Positions 47,276-57,995 of a stretch of 64,000 nucleotides of DNA are shown here, piece after piece. The notes under the pieces were generated by a model that was given only the letters and a program-made list of their open reading frames with translations, was not told the origin of the DNA and did no database searches. The first letter of the stretch is position 1, and each line of letters opens with the position of its first letter. Source of the DNA: an uncultured Acidobacteriota bacterium (GTDB lineage: Bacteria > Acidobacteriota > Vicinamibacteria > Vicinamibacterales > UBA8438). The stretch spans positions 320,001 to 384,000 of the forward strand of contig CAJWLU010000001.1 of the NCBI GenBank assembly GCA_913043225.1. The letters run 5' to 3'. The position numbers and the translations under genes are program-made.

Positions 47276-48289
47276 ATGAGTGACAGGCCCGACGCCACCG
47301 AAGATAGCCTGCGTCCTCGGATCGAGCGCTACCTGCGCGAGACGGGTGTCAACCCGGCCGAGGTGGATCTCTCGCGCCTTGCCGGTGACGCGTCCAGCCG
47401 TGTGTATTTCCGGGCAAGCCGCGGCGGCCATTTGTCCCGGCTCATCGTGCTCCACCCGACCCCGTTCACACCCGAAGCCCTGCCACAGATCGTGGTTGGC
47501 CGCCTGCTGGCACGGCTCGACATCCCCATCCCGAACGTGCTCGATGCCGCCGGCAAGCTCGGCGTGCTGGTCGTGGAGGATGTCGGCGACGCTACCCTGC
47601 ACACTTGGCTGGCCGAGGGGCACGACCCCGAACCGCTGTACTCACAAGCAGTAAATCTGATTGCACGTCTACAGAGCGCCCAGGCGACGACCGCGAGCCA
47701 GGGCCCCCCGTTCAACCTGGCGTTCGACGTTCCGAAGCTAACGTGGGAGCTCAATTTCTTCCGCTCCGAGTTTCTGGAAGCACACCGACAGATACACCTC
47801 GACTCGGCGCAAAGTGGTGTCTTGACCGAGGAGTTCGAGTGCCTGGCCAGCCAGCTGGCCGCTGAGCCTCGGGTGCTTTGCCACCGCGACTACCACTCCA
47901 GGAATCTAATGGTCCGAGACGGCAATCTGGTAGTCATCGACTTCCAGGATGCTCGACTGGGACCGGCTACCTACGATCTAGTGTCGCTCCTGCGGGACTG
48001 CTATGTGGAGCTCCCGGATACGCTGAGCGAGCGTCTACTACACCGCTATCTAACCCTCGCGCCCAACCAGGCCGGCGCAGACTTTCGGCTCCGTTTCGAC
48101 CGGATGTCGATTCAGCGTCACCTGAAGGCCTTGGGGACGTTCGGCCACCAGGTCGCCGTCAGGGGACGCAGATCGTTCAACGAGGCGATTCCCCGCACGC
48201 TGGGCTATCTACGACGGACCCTCCATGGGGATTCCAGCTACGGTCGGCTACTCGAAGTCTTGGCGTCCGTCCTCCCCGAACTCCGTTGA
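47276..48289 (+). CDS. AmgK-like anomeric sugar kinase (APH-family phosphotransferase)
   Basis: LAGDASSRVYFR, EDVGD, CHRDYHSRNLM, IDFQDARLGP..YDL.SLL.D and QRHLKALG.F motifs. Confidence 0.82.
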   Translation: MSDRPDATEDSLRPRIERYLRETGVNPAEVDLSRLAGDASSRVYFRASRGGHLSRLIVLHPTPFTPEALPQIVVGRLLARLDIPIPNVLDAAGKLGVLVVEDVGDATLHTWLAEGHDPEPLYSQAVNLIARLQSAQATTASQGPPFNLAFDVPKLTWELNFFRSEFLEAHRQIHLDSAQSGVLTEEFECLASQLAAEPRVLCHRDYHSRNLMVRDGNLVVIDFQDARLGPATYDLVSLLRDCYVELPDTLSERLLHRYLTLAPNQAGADFRLRFDRMSIQRHLKALGTFGHQVAVRGRRSFNEAIPRTLGYLRRTLHGDSSYGRLLEVLASVLPELR

Positions 48290-48319
48290 ACGCTCGGCGG
48301 CGGTATCCTACGACCAGCC

Positions 48320-49609
48320 ATGGCACACATCGAGAACATCTCCGAGTTCGAAGGCGAGTCGGTCACCCTGCAGGGCTGGCTCCACAACCGCCGATCGAGC
48401 GGCAAGCTCCACTTCCTGACGCTCCGTGACGGCACCGGTTTCATCCAAGCGGTCATGTCCAAGACGGCGGTGGGCGATCAGACGTTTCTGCAGGTCAAGC
48501 ACCTCGGCCAGGAGACTGCACTGACTCTCGACGGGGTGGTCCGCGCCGACACCCGGGCGCCCGGCGGGTATGAACTCGACGCGACCGGCATCAGCGTGGT
48601 CGGCGAAACCCACGAGTACCCGGTCACCCCCAAAGAACACGGCGTAGACTTCCTGCTGGATCACCGCCACCTCTGGGTGAGAGCCGAGCGCCAGCACGCA
48701 GTGCTCCGCGTGCGCCACAGCGTAGTCAACGCTGTCCGCGACTACCTCAACACGGAGGGGTTCATCCTTGCCGACACGCCGGTCTTTACGCCGGCGGCCT
48801 GCGAGGGCACCACAACGCTCTTCCCAGTGCCCTACTTCGATCTGGGCACGGCGTATCTCACCCAGTCCGGCCAGCTCTACAACGAAGCCAACGCGATGGC
48901 CCTGGGACGGGTCTATTGCTTTGGACCGACGTTTCGTGCCGAGAAGTCCAAGACGCGTCGGCACCTGACCGAGTTCTGGATGGTCGAGCCGGAAATGGCC
49001 TACGGCACCCTAGACGATGTCATCGCGCTGGCAGAGGGACTGATCTCTTCGGTTGTGGGCAGAGTGCTGGAAGAGCGCGGACGAGAGCTTGACGTGCTGG
49101 AGCGCGACCGCGGCCCGCTCGCCGGCGTCGTCGCACCCTTCCCCCGAATGACCTATGACGAGGCGGTGGACATCCTGCGTGAGGCCGGCCGACCGATCGC
49201 GTACGGTGACGACTTTGGCGGCACTGACGAGACCATCCTCGCCAAGCGCTTCGACCGCCCGGTCGCCATCCACCGCTATCCGGCGGCCGCCAAGGCGTTC
49301 TACATGCAGCCGGACCCGGAGCGACCGGAGCTCTCGCTATCAGTCGACATTCTTGCCCCTGAGGGCTACGGCGAGATCGTCGGCGGTGGCCAACGCCTAG
49401 ACGACCTCGCCCTGCTTGAGCAGCGGATCGCGGAGCATGATCTTCCCAAGGACGCATTCGAGTGGTATCTCGACCTCCGTCGCTACGGCAACGTTCCGCA
49501 CGCCGGCTTCGGGATGGGTATCGAGCGGGTCGTGGCGTGGATCTGCGGTCTCGACCATGTGCGGGAGACCATCCCGTTTCCACGAATGCTCTATCGATTG
49601 ACCCCGTAG
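48320..49609 (+). CDS. asnS: Asparagine--tRNA ligase
   Basis: LRDGTG, HRHLW.R, ACEG...[32 protein letters not shown] and [19 protein letters not shown] motifs. Confidence 0.95.
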   Translation: MAHIENISEFEGESVTLQGWLHNRRSSGKLHFLTLRDGTGFIQAVMSKTAVGDQTFLQVKHLGQETALTLDGVVRADTRAPGGYELDATGISVVGETHEYPVTPKEHGVDFLLDHRHLWVRAERQHAVLRVRHSVVNAVRDYLNTEGFILADTPVFTPAACEGTTTLFPVPYFDLGTAYLTQSGQLYNEANAMALGRVYCFGPTFRAEKSKTRRHLTEFWMVEPEMAYGTLDDVIALAEGLISSVVGRVLEERGRELDVLERDRGPLAGVVAPFPRMTYDEAVDILREAGRPIAYGDDFGGTDETILAKRFDRPVAIHRYPAAAKAFYMQPDPERPELSLSVDILAPEGYGEIVGGGQRLDDLALLEQRIAEHDLPKDAFEWYLDLRRYGNVPHAGFGMGIERVVAWICGLDHVRETIPFPRMLYRLTP

Positions 49610-49658
49610 CGAGACCCGCTGGCGGCAGTGACGACCACTTTGGAGCCTTCCCAGCCCG

Positions 49659-49726
49659 TGATATAGTTCCACGGTTACGTTCGCGGAGAACGGTGAGAGT
49701 GGGCGTCTTGGCCCACTCTTTTTTTT
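49659..49726 (+). promoter_or_regulatory. Promoter and leader terminator/attenuator hairpin of the rimP-nusA-infB operon
   Basis: Extended -10 TG-A-TATAGT at 49659-49667. Hairpin AGAGTGGGC-GTCTTG-GCCCACTCT followed by T7 at 49696-49726. Confidence 0.75.
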
Positions 49727-49739
49727 CGGGGCCACTCAG

Positions 49740-50243
49740 GTGACCGCGTCACGCACGAGCACGCTCGACACGGTCAGGACTATCGCGGACCGAGTGGCTC
49801 GCAGCCACGGTCTCGAACTGTTCGACCTACAGTTTCGCCGCGAAGCGATCGGGTGGGTCTTGCGGATTGTTGTCGACCGGGTAGGACCGGGCGCCACTGA
49901 CGCGGAGGGTCGCACTGAGGAGAGCGTGACCGTCGCCGACTGCGCGGCTGTGAGCGTTGACGTGAGCGCGATCTTCGATGTCGAGGTCACGTTCGAGCAC
50001 GCCTACACCCTTGAGGTGTCTTCGCCGGGTCTGGACCGGCCGTTGCGCGGGCTCGACGACTTCGTGCGGTTCGTGGGACGTCGCGTGAAAATCGTGACCT
50101 CCGCCCCCGTCGAAGGGCTTAACTTCGTCGCGGGTCGGATCACGGCGGTCGACAATCGGACCATCGTGATTGAGGACGGGAAGACGACCAGACGGGTTCC
50201 GGAAACGTCGGTCGCACGGGCAAAGCTCGAGGTCGAGATCTGA
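49740..50243 (+). CDS. rimP: Ribosome maturation factor RimP
   Basis: VLRIVVD, DC..VS and YTLEVSSPGLDRPL motifs. Confidence 0.93.
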   Translation: MTASRTSTLDTVRTIADRVARSHGLELFDLQFRREAIGWVLRIVVDRVGPGATDAEGRTEESVTVADCAAVSVDVSAIFDVEVTFEHAYTLEVSSPGLDRPLRGLDDFVRFVGRRVKIVTSAPVEGLNFVAGRITAVDNRTIVIEDGKTTRRVPETSVARAKLEVEI

Positions 50244-50291
50244 CGCCGCTCTGGCGCTGACGGCGCCGGACGGGGGCAGGACAGGAAGACA

Positions 50292-51824
50292 ATGAACAAC
50301 GCGTTGCAGCAGACGATCGAAACGCTGGCCAAGGAGAAGGGCATCGAGGCCGACGTCATCATCACGGCCATCGAGGATGCCGTACTGACGGCCTCGCGCA
50401 AGTACTACAAGGGCGACGAGAACCTGCGCACCAAGTTCAATCCTGAAACCGGACAGGTCGAGCTCTTCGCGGTGCGAACGATCGTCGATGAAGCCACGAG
50501 CCCGGAAACCGAGATCGCGCTGAGCGAGGCCCGGGAACTCTATGGGGACGAAGCCGAGGTGGGCATGGAGATCGAGTTTCCTAAGCCCACCGATGTCCTG
50601 GGGAGAATCGCCGCCCAGACCGCAAAGCAGGTCATCTTCCAGAAGGTCAGGGAGGCGGAGCGCGATAACGTCTTCGACGAGTACGGCGGCCGTCTCGGCG
50701 AGGTCGTGAACGGTCTCGTGAAGCGTTTTGAGAGCGGCGACATCGTGGTGGAAGTCGGCCGGGTCGAGGCGCTGCTGCCTCGCCGCGAGCAGTCGCGCGC
50801 CGAAAACTACTCGACTGGCGACCGGGTCCGCGCTGTCATCAAGGACGTCAACAAAAACACCAAAGGTCCCCAGATTATCCTCTCTCGCACGGACGCGGTC
50901 TTGCTCATCAAGCTTTTCGAGCAGGAGGTGCCGGAGATCTACGACGGGACGGTCGTCATCCGCGGCGCGGTCCGCGAAGCGGGCGATCGGGCAAAGGTGG
51001 CGGTGGCGTCCAAAGAACGGGAAGTGGACCCAGTGGGCGCCTGTGTCGGCATGAAGGGGACGCGGGTACAAGCGATCATTCGTGAACTTCGTGGGGAAAA
51101 GATCGACATAGTCGAGTGGTCGGATGACGCCTCGATGTTCGTGACCAACGCGATCAGCCCCGCGCGCGTGCAACGAGTGTCGGTGGTCGACGACGCCGAG
51201 CGGGTGGTCGAGGTCGTGGTCGAAGACCGGCAGCTGTCGCTCGCGATTGGCAAGAAGGGTCAGAACGTCCGTCTCGCGGCGAAGCTGACCGGTTGGAAGA
51301 TCGACATTAAGAGCGAGGAAGAGAAGCGGCGCGAGGTCGAGGCACAACTCGACGGCTTAGAGGCCGAGCCGGCGCCGCTTTCGATCCCCGGTCTCGACGA
51401 GGCGATGGTGGACAAGCTCAATGCCGCCGGCATCGAGACCGTCGAGCGGATGATCTCGGCCAGCGCCTCCGAACTCAGCGCCGTGCTCGAAATCTCCGAG
51501 GGCGCCGCCGAGGCGCTGCGTCAGGGTGCGGAAGCCGCAACGATGGCGGCTGGTGGCGCCGTAGGCAGCGGCATGACAGAGGCGATTCCGCAAGAGGGTG
51601 TGGAGCCGCTGACCCCGCCGCTCCAGGCCACGGCGAGCGAACCGGCTAACGAGACGGCGTCTGAGGCTGCCGAAGAGGACGAGTCAGTCCAGGACGAGCT
51701 AGAAACAGTCGCTTCGCCAGGCACCGACGGGCCGGAAGACGCGGCCGCGCCGGCCGAGAACGATGCGGAGCCAACAGACGACGCCGAGTCGCCAGGAGAG
51801 GAAGACACCGACAAGCCGGTCTGA
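50292..51824 (+). CDS. nusA: Transcription termination factor NusA, with acidic C-terminal tail
   Basis: GRIAAQTAKQVI.Q, LSR, EVPEI.DG, DPVGACVG.KG.RV and SLAIGKKGQNVRLA motifs. Confidence 0.96.
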   Translation: MNNALQQTIETLAKEKGIEADVIITAIEDAVLTASRKYYKGDENLRTKFNPETGQVELFAVRTIVDEATSPETEIALSEARELYGDEAEVGMEIEFPKPTDVLGRIAAQTAKQVIFQKVREAERDNVFDEYGGRLGEVVNGLVKRFESGDIVVEVGRVEALLPRREQSRAENYSTGDRVRAVIKDVNKNTKGPQIILSRTDAVLLIKLFEQEVPEIYDGTVVIRGAVREAGDRAKVAVASKEREVDPVGACVGMKGTRVQAIIRELRGEKIDIVEWSDDASMFVTNAISPARVQRVSVVDDAERVVEVVVEDRQLSLAIGKKGQNVRLAAKLTGWKIDIKSEEEKRREVEAQLDGLEAEPAPLSIPGLDEAMVDKLNAAGIETVERMISASASELSAVLEISEGAAEALRQGAEAATMAAGGAVGSGMTEAIPQEGVEPLTPPLQATASEPANETASEAAEEDESVQDELETVASPGTDGPEDAAAPAENDAEPTDDAESPGEEDTDKPV

Positions 51825-51897
51825 CGACGGCTGTCGGCGTCGGCACGCGCATACGCGAACGCACAACGGACGTATACGGGAACGCAGAGGGTAAACG

Positions 51898-54684
51898 TTG
51901 TCCACGATCCGGATCTACAAGGTCGCCGAGGTGCTCGGAATTCCGAGCCACGATGTCATCGACCTGCTCAAACGGGAGCACGGCATCGAGGTGAAGAGCG
52001 CCTCCAGCACGATCGAGGAGATTGTCGCGCGGCAGTTCGTCGAGCGGACGGCCCGCGAGCGCAACCTGAGCCTGCCGGCCGGCCAGCTATTTGCGACCAA
52101 GCCTGCCGCCAAGAGCAAGACGAAAGGCACTAAGACCGCCAAGAGCTCTGAACCTCTGATGCGGCCGCGTCTGGGCCCGCCGCGGCTGGTCAAGGCACCG
52201 AAGCCAACACCGCCGCCTGAGGCCGAGGACGAGGTCACGGAGGAGTCAGTCGTCACGGAGCCGGAACCAACGCTGCCCGAACCGGTCACGGCGATAGAGC
52301 CAGAACCGGCGCCAGCGCCAGAACCGGCCCGCCCAGCCCGCGCAATCAAGCCGCGGCGTACCGTGCGCGTCGAGGAGCCTGGAGACGCCCCACCGCTCAC
52401 GCCTCCGTCGCCGACCGCTAGGGTGGTAAAGCCAAGACCAGCTCCACCGGTCGAACCGGCGCCACCGACGCCCAGGGAAGAAGCGCCGCCGCCCGAAGCG
52501 CCGCCGCAGGCTGCCGCGCCGGCGGCGACCGAGACACCGCCCACGGCCTCGGTCCCTCCGGCGCAGCCGGTCACACCAACCGGGCGCGTCGCGCCATCGA
52601 AATTCAAGCTGCAGGTCGAGCAGGAAGCCCCGTCGCTTAGACCACTCGAACCGGTCACCAAGATGCGTCCGACGCTCAAGCCGGCGGGGCCGGCACGGCC
52701 ACGGCCCGGCGCACGCCCGATCGGAGCAGCGCCGACCAGACCGGCCACACCTCCGGGCGCCACGCGACCGCTGCCTGGGCAGCCAGCGCGTGGCCCCGTC
52801 GGAGCCCGTCCGCCTGCCGTCGGATACCGCCCCTCGTTCCGGCCTCCGCCAAGGCCACCGCGTGGGAAGCGGCGTCCACCGAAGCCGACGACACCTCACA
52901 TACCCGCGCCGCCGCCGCCGATTACGCGCACCATCTCCCTGGCCGAAGGGATGACGGTGAAGGATCTGGCGGACAAACTTGAACTGAAGGCGAAGGACGT
53001 CCTGAAGAAGCTGATCGAACGTCGGATGATGATGACCATCAACACGACGCTCGACACCGAGACCGCCACCATGGTGGCGCGCGAATTCGGCGCTGATGTC
53101 GAGATGCACTCCTTCGAGGAGGAGATACTCGAGGTCGAGACGACCGCGGCGCAAGATGAAGACCTGGTCTCCCGCGCCCCGGTCGTGACCGTCATGGGTC
53201 ACGTCGACCACGGGAAGACCACCCTGCTGGACGCCATCCGAGATTCTCGCGTTGCCGAAGGCGAAGCCGGCGGCATCACGCAGCACATCGGCGCCTACGC
53301 AGTCGAGATCAAGAAGAAGCGAATCGTCTTCCTCGACACTCCGGGCCACGAAGCATTCACGCTGATGCGAGCCAGAGGTGCGCGTGTCACCGACGTGGTA
53401 GTACTGGTGGTAGCGGCCGACGACGGCGTTATGCCGCAGACTCGAGAGGCGATCGATCACGCGAAGGCCGCCGATGTCCCCCTCATCGTGGCTATCAACA
53501 AGATTGACAAAGCTAACGCCAATCCGGAGCGGGTAAAGACGGAACTCTCCGAGTTGGGCCTTACCGCCGAGGACTGGGGCGGCCAGACCGTCACTGTCGA
53601 AGTGTCGGCCAAACAGCAGAAGAACCTCGACCTACTTCTGGAGATGATCCTGCTCGTCACCGAACTAGGTGAGCTCAAGGCCAACCCTAAGCGCAGCGCG
53701 GCCGGAACGGTGCTTGAAGCGCAGGTGGACCGCGGGCGTGGTCCAGTCGCCACCATCCTCGTCAAGGACGGCACCCTCCGAGTGGGCGACAATTTCATTG
53801 CCGGCCCTATTGTCGGGAAAGTCCGTGCCCTCTACGACGACCGGGGTCAACAGCAGACCGAAGCCGGTCCATCGAGCCCAATTAAGGTCCTGGGCCTGAC
53901 CGGGCTTCCACAGCCCGGAGACACGTTCCAGGGGGTGGAGGACGCCGCGAAGGCACGCCAGATCTCGATGCTGCGCCAACAGCAGGTAAAGGAGAAGACC
54001 CTCGGCGAGAAGGGCGGCCGCCTGACACTCGAGTCACTCCAGGAGCAGGTCGCAGAAGGCGGCACCAAGGAGCTGCCGATCATCGTGAAGGCCGACGTGC
54101 AGGGTTCGGCCGAGGTACTGGCCGATGCTCTGAGCAAGCTGGGCGACGAGCGCGTCAAGGTTCGCCTCCTCAGCAGCGGCGCCGGCGCCGTCAACGAAGG
54201 CGATGTGGTCTTTGCCGCAGCCTCGAATGCCGTGATCATCGGGTTCAACGTCAGACCGGACCGGAACGCCGCGGCTATGGCCGAGCGTGAGCAGATCGAC
54301 ATTAGGCTGCACCGGGTCATCTACGACGTGACTGAAGAGATCAAGCAGGCCATGGCCGGGCTGCTGGACCCGACGGTAAAGGAAATCCAGGTCGGCCAGG
54401 CCGAGGTGCGGGACGTCTTCAAGGTACCCAAGTTCGGCGCTGCGGCCGGCTGTCTTGTCATCGAGGGCAAGATCACGCGCACCGGTGAGACCCAGGCTCG
54501 TCTCCTGCGAGATAACGTCGTGATCCACGAGGGCCGGATCGGCTCGCTGCGACGGTTCAAGGACGATGTCAGTGAGGTAAAGAACGGTCTGGAGTGCGGC
54601 ATCGCATTCGAGCGGTATGCCGACATCAAGGTGGGCGACGTGATCGAGATCTTCAGCACCGAGAAGATCGCGGCCACGGTCTGA
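51898..54684 (+). CDS. infB: Translation initiation factor IF-2 (TTG start)
   Basis: IRIYKVAE N-terminus, Pro-rich linker, [26 protein letters not shown] and G.ECGI motifs. Confidence 0.97.
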   Translation: MSTIRIYKVAEVLGIPSHDVIDLLKREHGIEVKSASSTIEEIVARQFVERTARERNLSLPAGQLFATKPAAKSKTKGTKTAKSSEPLMRPRLGPPRLVKAPKPTPPPEAEDEVTEESVVTEPEPTLPEPVTAIEPEPAPAPEPARPARAIKPRRTVRVEEPGDAPPLTPPSPTARVVKPRPAPPVEPAPPTPREEAPPPEAPPQAAAPAATETPPTASVPPAQPVTPTGRVAPSKFKLQVEQEAPSLRPLEPVTKMRPTLKPAGPARPRPGARPIGAAPTRPATPPGATRPLPGQPARGPVGARPPAVGYRPSFRPPPRPPRGKRRPPKPTTPHIPAPPPPITRTISLAEGMTVKDLADKLELKAKDVLKKLIERRMMMTINTTLDTETATMVAREFGADVEMHSFEEEILEVETTAAQDEDLVSRAPVVTVMGHVDHGKTTLLDAIRDSRVAEGEAGGITQHIGAYAVEIKKKRIVFLDTPGHEAFTLMRARGARVTDVVVLVVAADDGVMPQTREAIDHAKAADVPLIVAINKIDKANANPERVKTELSELGLTAEDWGGQTVTVEVSAKQQKNLDLLLEMILLVTELGELKANPKRSAAGTVLEAQVDRGRGPVATILVKDGTLRVGDNFIAGPIVGKVRALYDDRGQQQTEAGPSSPIKVLGLTGLPQPGDTFQGVEDAAKARQISMLRQQQVKEKTLGEKGGRLTLESLQEQVAEGGTKELPIIVKADVQGSAEVLADALSKLGDERVKVRLLSSGAGAVNEGDVVFAAASNAVIIGFNVRPDRNAAAMAEREQIDIRLHRVIYDVTEEIKQAMAGLLDPTVKEIQVGQAEVRDVFKVPKFGAAAGCLVIEGKITRTGETQARLLRDNVVIHEGRIGSLRRFKDDVSEVKNGLECGIAFERYADIKVGDVIEIFSTEKIAATV

Positions 54685-54730
54685 CCTCACCGCTGACTCA
54701 CACCCGAGGCCACTGGCGAGCGGGGTCGAC

Positions 54731-55012
54731 ATGATCGTCGGGCTGCTTTCCGTCGAGCTCCACATCAGAGGCGCACGGTCCCTGAAGGACAAGCGCGCAG
54801 TCCTGCGCCGACTCAAGGATCGACTCAGCCGTCTAAACGTCGCCGTGGCCGAAGTCGACCATCACGATCTACGCCAGCGGGCCGAGCTGGCTCTAGTGAC
54901 GGTCGGGGTCGACCAGGAGATCGCGGAGCGGACCCTCGATACGGTGATCAACGAGGTCGAACGCCTGGAACCTGGCCTCCTTGTGCGGAGCGAGAGCGAG
55001 TGGCTCACCTGA
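54731..55012 (+). CDS. DUF503 (YlxP-like) protein
   Basis: SLKDKR and NVAVAEV...D motifs; position between infB and rbfA. Confidence 0.88.
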   Translation: MIVGLLSVELHIRGARSLKDKRAVLRRLKDRLSRLNVAVAEVDHHDLRQRAELALVTVGVDQEIAERTLDTVINEVERLEPGLLVRSESEWLT

Positions 55013-55022
55013 GCGAACCGAC

Positions 55023-55433
55023 GTGGAGAAACCGAAACCGTCACGCGGAGCACGACTGGGAGACCAGATCCGGGCCGAACTCGCTCTGATCCTGCAACGC
55101 TCGGCGCGGGACCCAGCGCTACGGTTGATCACGATCACCCATGTCAGGCTGACCCGAGACCTCCAGAGCGCCCGGGTGTTCTACACGAGCCTGAACGACA
55201 ACGCCGACCCACGGCAGACGGCGCAAGGACTCCGCCGTGCCGCTCCGTATCTGCGCGGCCAGCTGGCGCAGCGGATTCGCCTCCGCCACGTGCCAGGGCT
55301 TACCTTCGAGTACGACGAGTCGCTCGAACGCGAGCAACGGGTAGCCGAAATGCTGGAGTCACTACGAGATGAAACCGCGGCGCCAGAAGACGGGTCGCCT
55401 GCAGACACGACACCCGACACAGACGATGCCTGA
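55023..55433 (+). CDS. rbfA: Ribosome-binding factor A
   Basis: RDP, ITITHV.LT.DL..A.V and LRHVP.L.F.YD.S motifs. Confidence 0.92.
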   Translation: MEKPKPSRGARLGDQIRAELALILQRSARDPALRLITITHVRLTRDLQSARVFYTSLNDNADPRQTAQGLRRAAPYLRGQLAQRIRLRHVPGLTFEYDESLEREQRVAEMLESLRDETAAPEDGSPADTTPDTDDA

Positions 55434-56418
55434 ACTTGCACAAGAGGTTGCCCAAATCTGCGATCTGATCAGCACCGGACAGCGCTTTCTTCTCAGCTCG
55501 CACGCGCGCCCAGACGGAGACTCTCTCGGCAGCCAACTCGCTCTCGGAGCAGCCTTGGATCAACTTGGCAAAGGGGTGCGGATCGTCAACGCCGACCCGG
55601 CGCCGGACCTGTACGGCTTCCTCCCGGACGTCTCACGAATCGAGGTGAGCACGTCGCTCGATCCGACCAAGGTCGATGCCCTCGTCGTGCTGGAGTGCGG
55701 CACCCTGGCCCGCACCGGCGTCGAGGGGCTTGCCCGCTACCGGGTCGTCAACATCGATCACCATGCGGGCAACGCGATGTTTGGCGCCATCAACTGGCAC
55801 GACGCCTCGGCGTGCGCCTGCGCCGAGCTGGTCTTCGAGCTAATTGACGCCCTCGGTGTCCAGCTGACGCCGGCGATGGCCACGCAGCTCTATGTCGCGA
55901 TCCTGACCGACACCGGCTCGTTCCGGCATGCCAACATCACGGATCGCACCTTCGAAATCTGCCGTCGCATCGCGGCCACCGGGGTGGAACCGGCAGCAAT
56001 CGCGGCTCAGGTCTACAACAACGGGAGCCTGGGCCGTCTCCGCCTGACCGGCATGCTGCTCGACCGCATGGAGTTCGACGACGACCACCGGATCGCCGTG
56101 CTGACGCTGACCGGAGAGATGCTGAACGCCTCCGGCTGCGCGCCGGACGATCTCGAAGGCATCGTGAACCTGCCGCTGGCCGTCCGAGACGTACAAGCGG
56201 TCGTCTTCCTCAAACACACCGGTGACGGACTCCGGGTTAGCCTCCGGTCAAAGGACGCCATTGACGTCAGGGCAGTCGCGGTCGAGTATGGCGGCGGTGG
56301 CCATCGGAATGCGGCAGGCCTCACTCTGACCGACGTCGCGGCCGAGGCCCGGGCTGCGCTGCTTGGCCGCGTGGCCGCCGCGATCGCAAAGGCCGACGGC
56401 CCATCCACAGCCGACTGA
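55426..56418 (+). CDS. nrnA: DHH family oligoribonuclease/pAp phosphatase
   Basis: H.RPDGDSLGS, NIDHH, TDTGSF, VSLRS and GGGGH..AAG motifs. Confidence 0.9.
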   Translation: MPELAQEVAQICDLISTGQRFLLSSHARPDGDSLGSQLALGAALDQLGKGVRIVNADPAPDLYGFLPDVSRIEVSTSLDPTKVDALVVLECGTLARTGVEGLARYRVVNIDHHAGNAMFGAINWHDASACACAELVFELIDALGVQLTPAMATQLYVAILTDTGSFRHANITDRTFEICRRIAATGVEPAAIAAQVYNNGSLGRLRLTGMLLDRMEFDDDHRIAVLTLTGEMLNASGCAPDDLEGIVNLPLAVRDVQAVVFLKHTGDGLRVSLRSKDAIDVRAVAVEYGGGGHRNAAGLTLTDVAAEARAALLGRVAAAIAKADGPSTAD

Positions 56419-57374
56419 TGGCTTCAGACGCGCCCCTTGAAGGGGTCCTCGTGGTCGATAAGCCCCAGGGACCGACGTCGCACGACGTCGTCGCCTGTGT
56501 ACGTCGGGCAACCGGGATCCGGAAGGTGGGCCATCTCGGTACGCTCGACCCAATGGCTACCGGTGTGCTCCCCGTCGCTATCGGGCGTGCCACTCGCCTC
56601 GCCCCCTGGCTGACCAGTGCGCCGAAGCAGTACCGAGCCGTCATCACGCTCGGCCGGGTCACAGACAGCTACGACATCACCGGCGCCGAGGTGGGGGGAG
56701 CATTGACGCTCAACCCCCGCGCTCTCGCCCCATCCGCCGACGCGATCGCCGACGCGCTCGACGGATTCTTGGGCGAAACCGAGCAGCTGCCCCCGCCGGT
56801 CTCGGCGAAGAAGGTCGACGGCGTCCGAGCGTATCGGCTAGCTCGCCGACAACAGCCGGTGGACTTGAAGCCGGTCCCGGTGCGTGTCGACGAGCTGAGC
56901 CTGCTCTCAGTCGACGCCTGGAAGATCAAGTGTCGAATCCGCAGTTCGAGCGGATTCTATGTTCGAGCGCTGGCCCACGATCTCGGTCAACGACTCGGTT
57001 GCGGCGGCTGTCTCGAGGCGCTGACCCGGGAGACCCATGGCCGCTTCACCCTGGCCGACGCCGTGCCGCTAGCGGAGATCGTCGACGACGAGGCCGCCCG
57101 GCATGAGATCAGGTCCCGGCTCACGACCCGTCTGATGAGGTTAGATACCCTGCTCCCTGAACTTCCGGCGGTGCAGGTGACCGATGCCGGCGCACGACGC
57201 GCTCGCCACGGGAATGCGTTGCGCCCGGCCGATCTCACCGACGGCCCTCTCTCCGGTTCGACACCGGCCATCCGGGTCCTCGACAGCGACGGTCATTTGC
57301 TGTGCCTCGCAAAACCGGCGACGGGTGGACACCTGCAGCCGCAACTGGTACTGGCGACCATCGTAAGGGAGTAA
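56418..57374 (+). CDS. truB: tRNA pseudouridine(55) synthase
   Basis: DKP.G.TSHDVV, GH.GTLDPMATGVL, SAKKVDG and G.YVRAL motifs. Confidence 0.94.
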   Translation: MASDAPLEGVLVVDKPQGPTSHDVVACVRRATGIRKVGHLGTLDPMATGVLPVAIGRATRLAPWLTSAPKQYRAVITLGRVTDSYDITGAEVGGALTLNPRALAPSADAIADALDGFLGETEQLPPPVSAKKVDGVRAYRLARRQQPVDLKPVPVRVDELSLLSVDAWKIKCRIRSSSGFYVRALAHDLGQRLGCGGCLEALTRETHGRFTLADAVPLAEIVDDEAARHEIRSRLTTRLMRLDTLLPELPAVQVTDAGARRARHGNALRPADLTDGPLSGSTPAIRVLDSDGHLLCLAKPATGGHLQPQLVLATIVRE

Positions 57375-57453
57375 GCGCAGGGTTGGTTCGATCGTCGCCG
57401 CTGGTGTACGATTAGGGGGTTGACTGAGAAGAAGGGATAACATCGTGACGACG

Positions 57454-57508
57454 GCGGTTCGGAACCCGGCGGACCACAGCCGGGCACGTCTGGACCGTTC
57501 GCGGAGGT
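57454..57508 (+). promoter_or_regulatory. Putative structured S15 autoregulatory leader
   Basis: Inner hairpin CCCGGC-GGACCACA-GCCGGG, closed by CGGTTCGGA/TCTGGACCG pairing, directly before RBS GGAGGT of rpsO. Confidence 0.4.
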
Positions 57509-57516
57509 AACTAGCG

Positions 57517-57786
57517 GTGGTGCTACAGAAGGAACAGAAGACCGAGCTCATCGGCTCGTATCAGGTTCACAAGACCGACACCGGCTCTCCCGAAGTGCAG
57601 GTGGCCCTGCTCACCGAGCGGATCAGCTACCTCACCGAGCATTTCAAGACCCACGCGAAAGACCATCACTCGCGTCGGGGCCTGCTGAAGCTCGTTGGGC
57701 AGCGCCGCAGGCTCCTTGACTATCTCAAGGCCAAGGACTCAAATCGCTACGCCGACCTGATCAACCGGCTGGGTATCCGCAAGTAG
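57517..57786 (+). CDS. rpsO: 30S ribosomal protein S15
   Basis: [13 protein letters not shown] and [22 protein letters not shown] motifs. Confidence 0.98.
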   Translation: MVLQKEQKTELIGSYQVHKTDTGSPEVQVALLTERISYLTEHFKTHAKDHHSRRGLLKLVGQRRRLLDYLKAKDSNRYADLINRLGIRK

Positions 57787-57995
57787 CGGACCGGTCGGAC
57801 CTCACGTTTTCCCGCTTCCTCGGTTCTCTGGGAGCCAGTCATGAAGGCCCACGCGGTACTCTACCGGCGTTCTGTATCGGCACACGAGGCGGGCGGTGAC
57901 GCCAGACGCTCTGGTGCGTATGGCGTCCGGCCACAGCGCGAACGGGCCGGGGAACCGACCTCACGATATCTCGGCACGTGTAGTGGAGTGACATC

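Noticed and set aside
52150..52920. Pro/Ala-rich low-complexity repeats in infB, and the acidic tail of nusA
   Set aside because: Ordinary disordered linkers in IF-2 and NusA, not repeat arrays.
51825..57516. Absence of ylxR/L7Ae (nusA-infB) and ribF (truB-rpsO)
   Set aside because: Common lineage-level variation in this operon.
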